DNA of 64,000 nucleotides, taken from NCBI RefSeq assembly GCF_902713615.1, contig NC_052172.1, forward strand, positions 6,367,337 to 6,431,336, read 5' to 3'. Within the stretch, counting starts at the first letter, position 1. Each line of letters opens with the position of its first letter. Below the pieces are notes generated by a model. It was given only the letters and a program-made list of their open reading frames with translations, did not search any database and was not told the DNA's origin. The position numbers and the translations under genes were made by a program. Shown here piece by piece: positions 21,291 through 35,033 of this stretch. This DNA is from Scyliorhinus canicula. Taxonomy: Eukaryota.

Positions 21291-22638
21291 GCCAGCCCCA
21301 CCCCGAATCCCAAGTGAATTTACTTGTTTTATCAGTCTGCTATTTCTACATCATCCAGCCCCTGTGTCCTGTGCACTTTAAGTACAGGGGCATACCAAAC
21401 AGCTACATCTGCACAATATTGAATCAATCCTGTATTAATTACCTGTTCTTTCTTTGTGGTCCGTGCACCGTATTCTTCGTTGATTTCATCACATTCTGTC
21501 TGAAACTTCAATATTCAGCATGTTCATAATATAACTTTCTACCTGACATCTGTCCTAGGCGCACACTTTTTTTTTCTTTATCTTAATTTCTACCTCCTTT
21601 GTCGTCCAGAGTGCGCTGGTTTTGTTTGCCTTATTCATCTCTTTGATGGAATATGCCTTGATTGTGCCTGAACGATATCTTCTTTGATGGTAGCCCATTG
21701 CCCAGCTATCCTTTCTCCTGCCGACCTTTGACTCTAAGTGCTTTGTAGTTGGATTTGCTCCAATTCCATGTCCTTTTCTATGGTTACCCTAAAACTTCTG
21801 GTCTAGTCATCGCCCTTCCCTAAGTGTTTCCCCAATGACCTTGATATAATGCAGAATGGCGCAGAATGTACAAACACAGACACAACAGATGGGACCAACT
21901 GCTCAGTGCCAGCCTTTATCCTCCACATTACCCTCCTCTTTCCTTGCCTGACGTGATTAACATCTCAAATTATACAGGCATATTTGCTTTCAACTGCTTG
22001 CTTATCAAATAATACATTGTCCTGCACTCTGTTGACCCAAATATTCCGCTCCCCGAGGAGGGCTCCCCACGTGTAACGTGGAAGATGCGCCGTGGATAGT
22101 CCTGGAAGTCCCGAGTCAAAAAACTGCACGGACATTTCCAAAATATGGGCTTCCGGGACGCAATTCCACCAATTGACACCATTCACACATTTAAAACGGA
22201 TAATTCAAATGTTTCTCACTTGCATAGAAAAATAGTTACTCAGGTAAAGCTAGAGGTTTGGAAGCCACATTTGACACAGAAAGATAGGAAATAGAAGCAG
22301 GAGGCGGCCATTCGGCCCTTCGTGCGTGCACCGCTTATAATTATGATCCTGGCTGAGTGTACAACGCAATAGCCTAATCCTGTCCTTCTCTCACTAAACC
22401 CACAATATTGCCCCAACATTAACTCCTGGATAAATATGTTACTAGACCCGTCCCCCACTGGAACCCCTTGACTGACCCCAAAACATCTGACCCACACCCC
22501 GTCGATTATCGCGGTTCCCGGACTCGAGATCCAGACTACACGCCACGTCCATCGTGACAATCCTGTCACGACCCTGTAATACCAAGGACCCACCCTACCC
22601 TACAGTCCACCCACCCCCATACAGTGCATCCACATACT

Positions 22639-22914
22639 TCATGCAAGTCCCTATTCAGCAACCTTTAAAACTCTGGCTTTACGAGAGCGAATGGTGAAAA
22701 AAAGGAACATGGTCAGCAAAACAGAGCCCAGTGAATGGCGACGGTGATTGCCACTCCTCGGAAATTTGCGACCGTACTTATTCAATAATTTGTATGGACT
22801 ACAGTTCTAATAAGATTGTCAGTTTCAGCAGGTTTCTTTGGCAGGCCCCGTTCTGTGGTTCTCGAGAACAAACAACTTTAGAAGCTATCGTGGGCCCCAA
22901 TGAACCCACTCAAT
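22639..22914 (-). pseudogene. degenerate second copy of the putative transmembrane exon
   Basis: TIASKVVCSREPQNGACQRNLLKLT.. then stops and a frameshift; ..GSVLLTMFLFFTIRSRKARVLKV; acceptor AG mutated to GG. Confidence 0.45.
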
Positions 22915-24748
22915 CCGATAGAAGTATGTATCACTGACACTGAATTCTCAATTTTACAAATCCTTTAGAAATGCTGGTCAGAAGGAAGGAAGTGACGCAA
23001 AGGAAAATCCCAATTAAACACGGATCCGAAATTGCTGGAAACACCCAGCAGGTCAGACAGCACGTAGGGGAGAGAAACAGAGCGAACGTTTCGTGTTTAA
23101 TAGCCTAAAATTCACAATTCACAAAATTCACAACCCTAAACTTATTTTAGAATTGCAGTTAGGTTGTAACGTGCTATCGCTCTTCATAACCATGAAGGAT
23201 GGTGAGGTGATGTTTTTTTCTCAGAAGAACGAGTAAAGGCAATGGTAATAAAAATTCTAAATTCTAAAGAGCAAAAGTGTTCAAAGTCGTTCAGTGTGGC
23301 AGGACTGGTTGATAGAACATCTGACAGAACACACTGTTTCGTGGCCTTTGCAAATAGAGACAGAAGCTGCAAGGATAAAATGGGCGTGTTGGAGCACTCG
23401 AAAACATTGTTTCGTCTCAATTGGAAGCCTGTGTCCAGCTCTGAACATAACGTTTTAGGAGGGATAGAATAGAGAAAGGTTTAGGAGAATGATTCTGGGG
23501 AGGGAAGTTACGTGGATCGGTTGGGATAGTGGAGCTGTTGCTTTTGAGAAGATGAGCTTGAGGTAACATTTGATGTTGAAAATCATGAAGCGTATGGAGG
23601 GATCTGGCAGGCAGCAGTGTCGAGAGCCCGAGGATATCGATTTATTGTTCGCCAAAGATGGTTGTTAGGACTACCTTTTAAAATATAAACATATATAGAT
23701 GTCACGTACACTAAAAACAGAGTGAAATCATAAACATGTCTGATGACAAGAAACTTGGAGGAGCGACAAACTATGAGGATGAAATTAACAGAATACAACG
23801 AGGTGTTGCTAGACATAGCGAACGGGCAGTCAAGTGACTGGTGCAATTTAATGGTATGTAAGGTAATGAATTCTGGCTGATGGGATTGCGAAAGTACGGC
23901 AGTACATACGTAATGACATGGATGTAGAGGTGTAGAAGGACTGAAAGATCTCGCGGGAGGAGGGGGCGGTTAATATATATTGATCTTTGAAGGTGGTAAA
24001 CATATTGAGAGATGAGTTCATAAAGCCTGCGCATGCTAATGTAAATGGCTAGGGACACAATATTGCCGATTCCTGTTCCTGTGACAGGTTGAATGGTCTC
24101 TGTAAGTTCCTAGATAACATGCAATTGGATTTCTATAGCGTCCCTCTGTTCCTTTGTAACAGGCTCGAGCGTGCTTTAGTGGGCCTTCCCATGTCCCTGG
24201 GCACTCAGCGGGAGAAAGGCTGAATGGTCTTTTGTCCTGTGTAACAGGATGGAAATGGGCCAAGTAGACCTCCCTCTATCCTTGTGTCAAACAATTGAGG
24301 GACTGAGTGACACTCATCTTGTTGCTGTATAATATGATTGAGGGTTTCTCTCGGCCTTCTATTTTATAGGTAATGCTCCGAGTCTGTTAACCGTCCTGAC
24401 AGAGATAACGCTCACTTCAGATATAATCCATGTAAATTCTCGTTTCTAGCTTATTCACGGCACATTGTGTCAAATCAATTACTCGTCGCGTAAAAAGTGT
24501 AACAGTCTTCAGGGGCTGAGTTGCGCTCATCTTCTGCCTGTGGAACAGCTTAAAGAGGGACCGAATGGCCTTCTTCTGTCCCTCTGCAAGTGTAACAGTC
24601 TTCAGGGGCTGATTGATCCTCATCCTCTGCCTGTGGAACAGCTTAAGGAGGGGTCGAATTGTCTTCTTCTGTCCCTCTTCAAAAATGAATCCAGTTGGAC
24701 GAAGCATCCCCTGGTTTTATCTCGAAATTGTGTTTTCTGCTGCCTTTG

Positions 24749-24787
24749 TTTTTTTGTTGAACTGCTCCTTATCTCTGAGTCACTGTG
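24749..24787 (-). other. 23-RSS of V5
   Basis: CACAGTG + 23 nt + ACAAAAAAA on the minus strand. Confidence 0.88.
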
Positions 24788-25244
24788 CACGCTCCAGGCA
24801 CAGTAATACACGGCCGAGTGATTCACCTGGGGGACGCCAGGGACGCCAGGTTGAACTCGTATTCAGTGGGTCTAGCCGCGTTGAATCCGTGAACGAAGCC
24901 ATCTGACACCACGCGTGGTTTAGTTCTGGAGTAAAACATCAACTGCGGCCCCTTCCCCGGGTATTGTCTATACCAGTACATGGTGATAATATAGCTGCCC
25001 CCCTCCACAATGCACTTCAGGTCCAATTCTTCCCCAGGATATTTGGACACAGCGGCGGGTGTTTGGTGAATAATCTGTAGTTTGACATCTGGGAAAGTGA
25101 GAGGGAGGAGATCAGTAAACCTGGACACTTGGGGAAAGAACAAGCTGGTGGAAAAATAGAACAAAACATTAATGTGTATTATTAAAGGTAATGGTTCTTT
25201 TACTTACAGTGAAACAGCATTGTCAGACCCAGAAAAAGATACAT
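24788..25244 (-). pseudogene. V5: family C V segment with an FR3 frameshift
   Basis: Leader 25208-25244 MYLFLGLTMLFH; exon 24788-25088 reads open to FNLASLASPR*; NHSAVYYCAWSV lies in another frame (net +2 nt). Confidence 0.88.
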
Positions 25245-25629
25245 CTTTTAAAGCTGCCTCTTGATCAATGAACTGTTGAGAACAGAATTGAAGAGTGTTG
25301 GTTTCAAGGAACCCGCTTTCCTGAAATAATTTGAAAGAACAAAGCCGCCAGCAGTAAGTGACGCAGCGTTGCTCTCGCCCCCCCTCCAGTTGAACCAGTT
25401 GGAGTCGAGTTTGGGTGTCAACCTCCCCATTATTCTTTCTCTCGATAACTCACTGTGCCACGACCTGGCGATCATGTTCTCCCTGTCTATCACACTCTCC
25501 AGAAATAATTAGCTTTATTGTATCACTCTTTCCTTTTCTCTCCGCTGTCTCTGTCTTTTCTGCAAATCCGCGTATGTTTGTCTGCCTGTGAATCTCTCTG
25601 TCATAGAATTTGATTCATAGTCGTTGATG

Positions 25630-25976
25630 CATATAATTTACAGTGCAGAAGGAGGCCATTCGGCCCATCGAGTCTGCACCGGCTCTTTATAAGAGCACCC
25701 TTCCCAACCGCACACCTCCACCCTACCCCCATAACCCAGTAACCCATACAACAATCAGGGCAATTTTGGACACTGAGGGCAATTCAGCAAGGTCAATCCA
25801 CCTAACCTGCCCATCTTTGGACTGTGGGAGGAAACCGGAGCACCCGAAGGAAACCCACGCACACAGGGCGAGAACATGCAGACTCCGCACAGACAGTGAC
25901 CCAAGCCGTGAATCGAACCTGGGACCCTGGAGCTGTGAAGCAATTGTGCTAACCACTATGCTACCGTGCTGCCCAC
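25630..25976 (-). mobile_element. full-length V-SINE (HE1-like)
   Basis: head gggcagcacggtagcatagtggttagc, core and tail on the minus strand. Confidence 0.88.
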
Positions 25977-26734
25977 GGTTCACGTGCCTGTGCATCTCTC
26001 TGTCCTTGTTTCGCTTTCTCTATCTGCCTGTTCGTCTTCCTTACCCTGTTTTCCTCCTCCCGCTGAATGTCTCACCCGCCGGGCACTTTGTTTCAATGTC
26101 TTCCGATCTTCTTTTTCTGACTCTCTCTCTCTCTCTCCCCCCCCCCCCCCCCCCCTCGCTGTCACGCAAGGACTGTTTCCGCGCTCCACATTTCGGTCCC
26201 AACAGTGTCTGATCATGTGCCTGTGCATCTCTCTGTCCCTGTTTCGCTTTCTCTCCCCGTGTCACCGTCTTTCTACACGTTGATCGGCCTCCCGCTCCCT
26301 GCCTACCCACCCGTTGTCTCTTTGTCACAATTGTATTCAATTTTCTTTCATTTTGTCGGCGCAGGCTTGGAGGGCCGAAGGGCCTGTTCCTGTGCTGTAC
26401 TTTTCTTTGTTCTTTGTTCTGATCCCCTCTACCTGACCCCCCCCCCCCCCATCCCCGCCACATAACCCGCACAATTACTATTCCGCACCCTCCACCTCTC
26501 AAGCACGCTCTATCTCTCCATGTAATTCATTATATCCATCTTAAAAAAACCTGCATTGAGAGGTAAACTTGCGCTGACCGGAACAAATCGTCGCTAATAT
26601 TGGAGGACAGGAATAATTGTGAATTAAGTAGAAATCGTGTTTCATGTTATGATGGAAAGTGATCATTCATCCTCGTAACAGGTCGATATTTTTTAATAGA
26701 AGTTTCCCTCTTAGAATCATTTAATCTCTTCAGT

Positions 26735-26945
26735 GCATTCGGCCCCTCGAGTCTGCACCGACCTTTGGAAAGACCACCCTACCGAGGCCTATACTCCGAC
26801 CCTTTTCGCATTACCCAGGAGCCCCACCTAACCTTTATGGACACTAAGGAGCAATTTATTATGGTCAACCCACCTGACCAGCACATCTTTGGACTGTGCG
26901 AGCAAACCGGAGCACGCGGAAGAAACCCACACATACACGGGGAGA
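26735..26945 (-). mobile_element. partial V-SINE
   Basis: core and tail similarity to the other copies. Confidence 0.7.
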
Positions 26946-27781
26946 AAGTGCAAGAAAGAAGGGGGAAGTGCAGGAGCGTGGCGAATTGTGAGGGAAAATA
27001 AGCTATTTTCATATTATTATGGAACAGTTATGAGGAACAAGGGATACTGAAATCAAATTATGAAAATCGCTTCTTGTCACTGTGAAAAGCCCCTCGTCGC
27101 CATGTTCCGGCGCCTGTTCGGGAAGGCTGGTAACCTATCAACCAATACGAAATGAAGAACTTTACTTAATTCACTTTTCGCATTGGTTATTCCAATTAAT
27201 CACATCTGGATTCTTAATTGCCAAAATGCATTAAATGTGACTGGGATCCTGCTTTCCTTTTGAACAGTGTCGAAGGGCTGAACGGCCCATTCCGTGTCAG
27301 ACTTGAGGAGGTCAATTGCCTGCTCTTGTTCCCACTAAGAGGCTTTCCGAGGCTCAGTTGAATTTTCCTTTTTCTACCAACCGTTTCTGAGGGGCCGACT
27401 GATGTTCTCCTGTAACAAGGACAAAGAGGCTTGAATCGCTTCCCTCTGTTTCTTTGTGAGAGGCTCGAAGAGACTCGCTTCTTCCTGTTCCTGACTCACT
27501 AGTTAAGCATGTTCCAGGCAGGTATGTGTTACATGGTCCAAGAGCCCACCATGTGGTAGATTATGGCAGTGTACAAATCCTGATATTGTTTTCTGATAGT
27601 GTTAATCTGTTATTTGTTATCATCCTATTTTGTTCCGCAGAATTCTAAATGTTTTTGGGGCGATGGGGGTGGGGAGGGGCAATTGCTTGTGCCTGTTTCA
27701 GTTTCTCTCTTTCACTTTCATTCCACCTCGGCTCATTGTACTGGTATATACACAATGTCATCTTATCGTTAATCGCTGTTT

Positions 27782-28030
27782 TGTTTTTGTTGAACTACTC
27801 GTCTCTCCGAGGCACCGTAAAGAGAGTGGCCACAGCACCGCTCGGCGCTGTGAGCTTTCCGGCGGCTGTAGGACTCCAGACACCACTGGGAGGTACCCGT
27901 TATCTCGGCCCTGAAACCGTCCCCGTTGGATTACTGGTGCCCCTAGAGTCCAAACCAAACTGCGGCCTGTCCTTAGGTTATTGTCTGTACCAGCATATTT
28001 GAACAGTGTTGGAACCGTCCAAAATGTCCT
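27782..28030 (-). pseudogene. V6: degenerate V pseudogene (family D) with a dead RSS
   Basis: ILDGSNTVQICWYRQ*PKDRPQF..; frameshifted LESYSRRKAHSAERCCGHSL aligns to LESSSLRVDHSAVYYCAWSL; TACGGTG + 22 nt + ACAAAAACA. Confidence 0.75.
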
Positions 28031-28129
28031 CCGGATTCAACTGCTGATTGCAGATGGGCCGACATCAGCGGACTCAGTTTAAGCGATTGGCTGGTGGCCA
28101 CTGAATTGGCTGAAAAGGTGGTTCTCTTG

Positions 28130-28920
28130 TCGGTAACAGGTGGTGTTTGGATATGACCCCACTGTTATGTTTTTCAGAGCCCTGTGGCTTGAGTTTCTTT
28201 TCAGTATTGATTCTGGCATCCCTATGAAGAGCTCCACCCAGCTCTCTCAAAAGGATCCAGCTAATTTTCTCCAGAAGAGCACTCTGACAGCTGACTCGCT
28301 CTCCGCCAAACCCAGTGCTATTCTCTTGAGTCTACATGGGCCTGAAGTCAATCCATAAGCTGGAAGCAAGGTTTGAAGTGAAATAAAGTGTTTTCCTCCA
28401 GAATTATAGATTGCTGAATGCGTGCCTCGTGCTGAAGGCTCAGTTTGATGAGAAATAATGTGTCACTCTTGAAAGCCTGTGAGTACTGCATGACGTCAAC
28501 TAAAGGAACCCTGAATGGATGATCATACAAAGAAGATCATTACCCGCTGAAACCAGACAACTTTTGTCAGTAAACTTGCTGTGAATAAAGTGTGCAAAAG
28601 AGACAACGATTCTCATATTTTGACCTTTATCCTTGTTATGTTTTATCCCTTTCCACCCCTCAGAGCTTGTCTGTCTTGTTTGTATGGTAGAGGATGGGGC
28701 AGTTAAAATGATAGTAGTTGGTACCTTGTCGTTAACCAGTTGTATTTACTGCATATGTCATGATAGTCCTTGTTATAAATAAACAGTAATGCTGTTTACA
28801 TTTACAAACCTGGAGACTGTAATTATTGGGCAGCCGAGGGCCAAAGACGTCGGCTGTTTCTATAAGAATTATTGGTTAATTCACTTGTGTTGTGACTTCG
28901 GGGCACTTGGGACTGGAATT
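28130..28920. mobile_element. possible LTR-like insertion replacing the 5' end of V6
   Basis: V6/V11 homology stops at about 28030 and is followed by a unique AATAAA-containing block; composition only, no internal domain seen. Confidence 0.25.
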
Positions 28921-30514
28921 GAATGCGCATCAGGTCAGGGTATGAAAACAACTGGATTCAACTCCTCGCGGGCCTCTCCGTCCAAGCAGCATTTCCGCTC
29001 ACCCCTCCCCACCTATCAACGGCCAGGACATCACTTCCAGACGACTCAGTAATTATATTTTACTGCTGTCTTTTTAATATGCTGGATTTTTATAATAGTA
29101 ATCATTATTGTCACATTTACATTGCCTTACATTAACACTGCAATGAAGTTATTGTGAAACTTCCCTCGTCGCCACACCTCAGCACCTGTTCCGGTAAACA
29201 GAGGGAGAAATCAGAATGTCCAATTCATCGTCTTTCGGAATTGTGGGAGCACCCGGAGGAACCCCACTGAGACAAGGGGAGAACGTACAGACTCCTCACA
29301 GACGGTGACCCAACCGGGAATATTGCCTCGCACAATTATCCCTCAATTCACTGAAACTCTGCTACCTTCCAGTCTATCACTGACCTCCTCTTTGGTTTCT
29401 CCTGCACGCCCTGTTTTACTGAATCTGTGCATACCTCGGGGTCATTACACTTCGGAAATGTTACAATACTGATGAAAATCAAAAGCCTGTTTTCAGTGCT
29501 GTTTCTCTCTTCACATAAACTACCGCAACTAGAGATTGTTGGCTGTGCCTAACCCAGAGAGCCATGTAAGATTAAATTGTTCAGGTGGTGACTTTTCCAG
29601 TTCTCTGCCGAGTACAGAACCCAACCACAGCACTGGAATCTCCAGAAAGGGTAGGACAGAGATGCGGCTTCGGAATCCACCGCTCCTATTGACGCCAACC
29701 TGATCAAAGGAGTCAACTGAGCCAATAAGACCATAAAATATAGGAATAGAATTACGCCATTCGGCACCTCGAGTCTGCTCCGCCATTGCTGATATATACC
29801 TCATCCCCATTCTCCTGACTTCTCCCCACAATGAGGCACGCTATTGTCAAAGCTGCTTCTTAAAAAAAGATGAAGAAGACTATTTAATAAACGGTGAAAA
29901 CCTGGGAACAACGGCAGAAAGAATAGATTTACCTGTCCACCGAAACAATCACCTCCAAACTGCGCACAGGTAGATATAGAAATCGTAAATCCAGTGCAAT
30001 ATTTCGAATGCGGCAGACACAGAGATGGCAGGAATTTGTCTTGACTTCCCTGACGCCCTAGAATCATGGATGGAGCAGGAATACAAACATGTACTATTTT
30101 GAAGAATCGACTTGTTCGATTGAATTGATGAGGATAGCACAAAGGCCATCAGCAGGTTGTGCAGGATTGGCCATGGCTCATTTCCCGTTGGAGCAATGGG
30201 AATGAAATCATTTTCAAAACTCTCTCTTCCTCTCGCTCTCTCTCTCTCCCTGTCTCCAACACGCTCTCTGGTTCTGTGCCTTTCCTGGTTCACTGCGTCT
30301 CTATCTGATTTTGCCAGTCCCAAGCTCGTTGCGGTGATTAGCACTCTTTCTCTTTTTCACATACTCGCTTTCACCGTTATTGTCTCAGTCGAACCAAGGA
30401 AAACATTGCTCAACACAAGAGGTGGAGTGAGAGTGACTGCCCTCGTCATCGGTGAAGCATTTGACTAAATGTGAGATTAATGAGCTCGAGAGTCAATATG
30501 AATCAGGTGTAAAA

Positions 30515-30830
30515 TAATAATTACAATCTTTACTATTGTCACAAGTAGGCTTATGTTAATAGTGAAATAAACTTACTGTGAAAAGCGCCTACTCGCCACA
30601 TTCCGGCGCCTGTTCGGGTACATGGAGGGATAATTCAGAATGTCCAATTCAACTAACAAGCATATCTTTCGGGACTTGAGGGTCGAAACCGGAGAACCCG
30701 GAGGAAACCCACGCAGACACGGGGAGAACGTGCAGATTACAAACAAACAGTGATCGAAGCCGGGAATTGAACCGGGGACCCTGGCGCCGTGAAGCAAGAG
30801 TGCTAACCCTGTGCTAACATGCCACCCGAC
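30515..30830 (-). mobile_element. SINE with V-SINE core and ggaatgtggcgagtagg...tttcacagtaa tail
   Basis: Same tail family at about 27055-27135, 29135-29320, 36865-37160, 40160-40360, 42780-42985 and 54685-54915. Confidence 0.75.
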
Positions 30831-30999
30831 TGTATGGATATGTACCTAGCATAAGGGAGGCTGATTGCGTTTGTTGGTTACCAATAATTTAAGTCTCAGG
30901 GCATCATTGTAGGAGAGCATCAGGAGAATATCCAGGTTCCTTCAATTGCTCGATCAAAGACACCCCCTCCCCGCCTTAATGTTAAGACTTTAAATGAAA

Positions 31000-31960
31000 T
31001 GTTTTCTGACGAATGCATAATATTCAGCAACATTGTACTTCTTAGAGACAGAGGCAGGTCGTGTGTACAAGCAACAGGCCATGGACAACATTCGAGAGCC
31101 AGGCAATGACCATTTACAACAACTGAGTTCAGCAATCTTCCGATGGAATTCAATGACATTGCCATCACTGAACCTCCTCTATCATTATCCTGGGGTTTAA
31201 CATTGATCACAAACGGAACTGGAACAGCAATAGAAATAATGCGACAAGAACAGGCCAGAGGTTGGGAAGTTCTCCGGAGAACAACTCGTTCCATGACTCC
31301 CCAAATCCACTCCACTATTTACATGATGTAAGTCTGAAGTGTAATGGAATAATCCCCTGCATTCCAATCATAAGACTATTCCCATCTAGAAGTACAAGAA
31401 GAACAGCTGTCTGGGATTTCACCAACTGCATGTGCCTCTCCCATGCACTCACCACCCCGACCTGGAAATATATCCCCTTTCCTTCGCTGTCACTGGGTCA
31501 AGGTCCTGGAGCATCATGCCAGCACTGTGGGTGTATCCACACATCAAAGACTGCACCTGCTCAGGGTAGCATCTCTTCACCATTTTCTGGAGGGCAACTC
31601 GGGTTGGGCAATTAATACTGGCCGAGCCAGCGAACCCACACCCCGGAAATGAATGAAAGAATCTTTCCTGGAGTTGTGCAGCTTAAACACTTAAGAACTA
31701 AACCCCATCGAGGACAAAGCAAGCCGCTTCATTGGCAACTCAGCCACAATCCCAATAGCCACTGCTTCCTCCACTGAAGTCCTGTTGCTCCAAGCGAAGA
31801 GCACCATGGATAAACCTACACCTCGTGGACAACAGCGATTGAATGAGTTGCCACAGCATTACCTTGTAAAGAGCAACACATGATGCACGGTAAAAATGCG
31901 GCGTCGCCAGCAACACCCATGTCTCATAAAATCAACACAAGCAATGATTATCACCCTCAC
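31000..31960 (+). mobile_element. old CR1-like LINE 3' fragments
   Basis: FNDIAITEPP..ILGFNIDHKRNW..RQEQARGW, homologous to the 2330-2605 element; VRVTALVIGEAFD remnant at 30420-30468. Confidence 0.6.
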
Positions 31961-33646
31961 CTGTATCTATGTCCAACTTATTATTTCTTCCCTTGTCTTT
32001 TCCCTCCCTCACTTGCAGCCAACTCTGCTCAGCTGAAACGCAGTGCTGTCCAGAAGTGCTGCTTACATCAGATTGAATGGTCTGGTCCCACAGGCCCCAC
32101 ACTGCAATTGCCCTCAGCTCATTCGCGGCTTCAAATACAGTTCTGGAAAATTCTCACAAATGCACCAATTGTTTCCTTGTTTGATGCGGACTTGGCATCT
32201 GAATCACTGGCTCACCATCCTGTCCAGATGGTTGAATATTATGTATAGGAATAGGAAGGACAATGAGGACAGGAAACCCTAGTGGTAATGGGAGAAAGGG
32301 GAGGGCACGAGGGAGGAGGGGGGAGAGTCATCAAGAAGAAGACAGTGATTGGTGTGGGTAGTTGGGAGATTAACGATAAGAAGACTGGAACGCGGAATAT
32401 AGATGGCAGGAGTGTGAAAGTGGTGGGGGTGAGAGAAGGTGAGAGGGAAATGCTAAAGTATAGGATTACAGGAGTGGAAGAAGCGATGAAGAAGTGGAGT
32501 GGGGGATTGTAAAAAGGAGAGTGAGGTGGAAGGAAGGAAAGAGAGCTGGGGGACTGGAGATGAAGTTGTGCGGAGCAGAGTGTGGAAGAGTGGTGGGTGA
32601 TGGCCGTGGAGAGGAGGGGGGAAGTAGACGCAGAGAGTCAGGACATACACAACACTCCAAGCAGAGTCTAACCAGAGCTTTATTACAAACTGGTTCATAA
32701 ATTGCTCCTATTTGTAGTCCCGTAACCTAAGTTAAAAACTACCACGTCACTGAACATTTAAAATATGTATTGTTCTTGTCCAGTAAAATGTAACGATGTG
32801 TGCCCTGTCACCATGAAATCCTCCAGAGCTTCCTGGTTCTCTAGGTTTAGAAACTAGTTACGAAAACCATTGGAAAGCAAAATAAAAGGAATGATGAAGA
32901 CAGAGAGAGATATAGAGAAAAGGGACAGAGAGTGGTTGAGGGCAGAAACAACATAATCGGGGGCATTAAATTCATCCACCGGATGCTGACGTCACTAACA
33001 AATGCAACAATTATTGTCACTCCTTAATTGCCATTGCAAAATTGGTGGCGAGCTACTTTTCTGACATCTGATTGGTTTGTTAGGCCATGCAAGAGGATAG
33101 TTAATCAACCACAATGGCCTGTATCCAGAGACATGTAAATGCCAGACAGGGTAAGAATGGCACATTTACTTCCCCACTGGACACGAGCGGAGCAGACGGG
33201 GTTTACGTAGATTTGATTGACTCTGCTTCCGGGGCCTGAAGGGAAACTCATGTCCCTGGATGATTTGCCGAGTCTTAGAAACGTCGGCACCAGAAACTTA
33301 TTGACTATACTTCTAGTCAGACCTGCGCACAGCAGTGTCTGCAACGATGGCGGTCATAGTCAGAGTTGTGTGCACAATTATCTGGATTAAGACTAAAATC
33401 GGTGAATGATTCAGACTAAATGTAACTGTTACAGTTTTAAACGAACTTCAGTCTCTGCTCTCAAAGTGCGGAACGGAAAGATCTTGAATGCGCATGAGCT
33501 CCACCCCGGAAATGACACTAAGGAGCCAATGGCCAATAACAGTTTGGTCCCTTGCAGTCATATGTTGAACAACTTGGACGCAGAGACAAGCACGCTCACT
33601 TGATGAGCAGGATTTGAGATATTCTGCAGTTAAATGCCCTTTAAAG

Positions 33647-34516
33647 ATGTTTATATCTCTGCTCTGGATTCTGCTCCTCCTGTTACTAGGTAAGGTGGAA
33701 CTGGCTTTTGAGATGTCAGTGCTCCTCATTGTTGTTGTCCTGTGTGTCCAGATTAGGACATAATCCACTTTCCTCGGCCATTCACATGCTTGAAGGTACA
33801 GTCTTCCTCTGCCTCTCTTTGTTGCCGTTGCCTCGGTTTGTTACTGTCTTCCTCTCCCCATCACTATGTCATCCTCTCCCTGTCACTCTGTTCTTCTCTA
33901 TTGTCTCCTAACTTCCTTCTTTAGTTTTACACTTCTTTCGCCTGATTATCTGTCAGCGCCTCTGTCTGTTTCGTCGCTGTTTATCACACTTTAACCCTTC
34001 TATGGTCTATCGATTTGCTTTGATTTTACCTTTCCCTTTTTCTCGCTCTCAATTTCCTTTGTTTCTTTCGTTCTCCCCTCTCACTCATTGTCTAGATTTC
34101 GCTCATTCTCTATATCGCTGCCTAACGCCCCGGCTCGTCTTCTCGCCTCCCTTCCCTTTAATCTCCTTTCGGGCATTCGGTCAAAGGGTCTCATGCCAGT
34201 CTTTTCACTCTGTTTTACAGATGTGGCGGCCGTGCTGATCCAACAGACTCCAGCTCACATCTCTAGCTCCCCGGGCAGTCAACTCAGAATCGAATGCATT
34301 TGCACAAAAGCAACGGCTAGCACCAATTTCTACTGGTATCGATGGCAACCTGGCCGTGGGCCTGAGATTCTCATCTATTCCTATGCCGGAATGATCCGTC
34401 CTTCCGGTGGGGTGGACGGTTTCACCGCCAGAATACGGGACAACACCCACTTTTACCTGGAGACCACCAGCCTGCGGGTGAATCACTCAGCCGTGTACTA
34501 CTGCGCCTGGAGTTTA
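33647..34516 (+). CDS. TRBV: V7: TCR V segment, family A, open reading frame, extra Cys
   Basis: Leader exon 33647-33689 MFISLLWILLLLLL with GTAAGG; V exon 34221-34516 DVAAVLIQQTP..IECIC..FYWYRW..NHSAVYYCAWSL. Confidence 0.9.
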
Positions 34517-34555
34517 CACAGTGACACAGAGAGGTGGCGGATCTCAACAAAAACC
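34517..34555 (+). other. 23-RSS of V7 (consensus)
   Basis: CACAGTG + 23 nt + ACAAAAACC. Confidence 0.95.
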
Positions 34556-34613
34556 CCAACTGGTTCAGACAAATTTGTGAGGAAAACATCTACCTATTTC
34601 TCCATCTGATTGT

Positions 34614-35033
34614 NNNNNNNNNNNNNNNNNNNNNNNNNNNNNNNNNNNNNNNNNNNNNNNNNNNNNNNNNNNNNNNNNNNNNNNNNNNNNNNNNNNNNNN
34701 NNNNNNNNNNNNNNNNNNNNNNNNNNNNNNNNNNNNNNNNNNNNNNNNNNNNNNNNNNNNNNNNNNNNNNNNNNNNNNNNNNNNNNNNNNNNNNNNNNNN
34801 NNNNNNNNNNNNNNNNNNNNNNNNNNNNNNNNNNNNNNNNNNNNNNNNNNNNNNNNNNNNNNNNNNNNNNNNNNNNNNNNNNNNNNNNNNNNNNNNNNNN
34901 NNNNNNNNNNNNNNNNNNNNNNNNNNNNNNNNNNNNNNNNNNNNNNNNNNNNNNNNNNNNNNNNNNNNNNNNNNNNNNNNNNNNNNNNNNNNNNNNNNNN
35001 NNNNNNNNNNNNNNNNNNNNNNNNNNNNNNNNN
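34614..35033. other. assembly gap (N run)
   Basis: run of n. Confidence 0.99.

Noticed and set aside
29330-29960. Possible very old minus-strand V remnant; also a V2-leader-like string with a GT donor at ~51378-51435
   Set aside because: Only scattered similarity; no WYRQ, YYC or RSS could be reconstructed; needs a profile-HMM search
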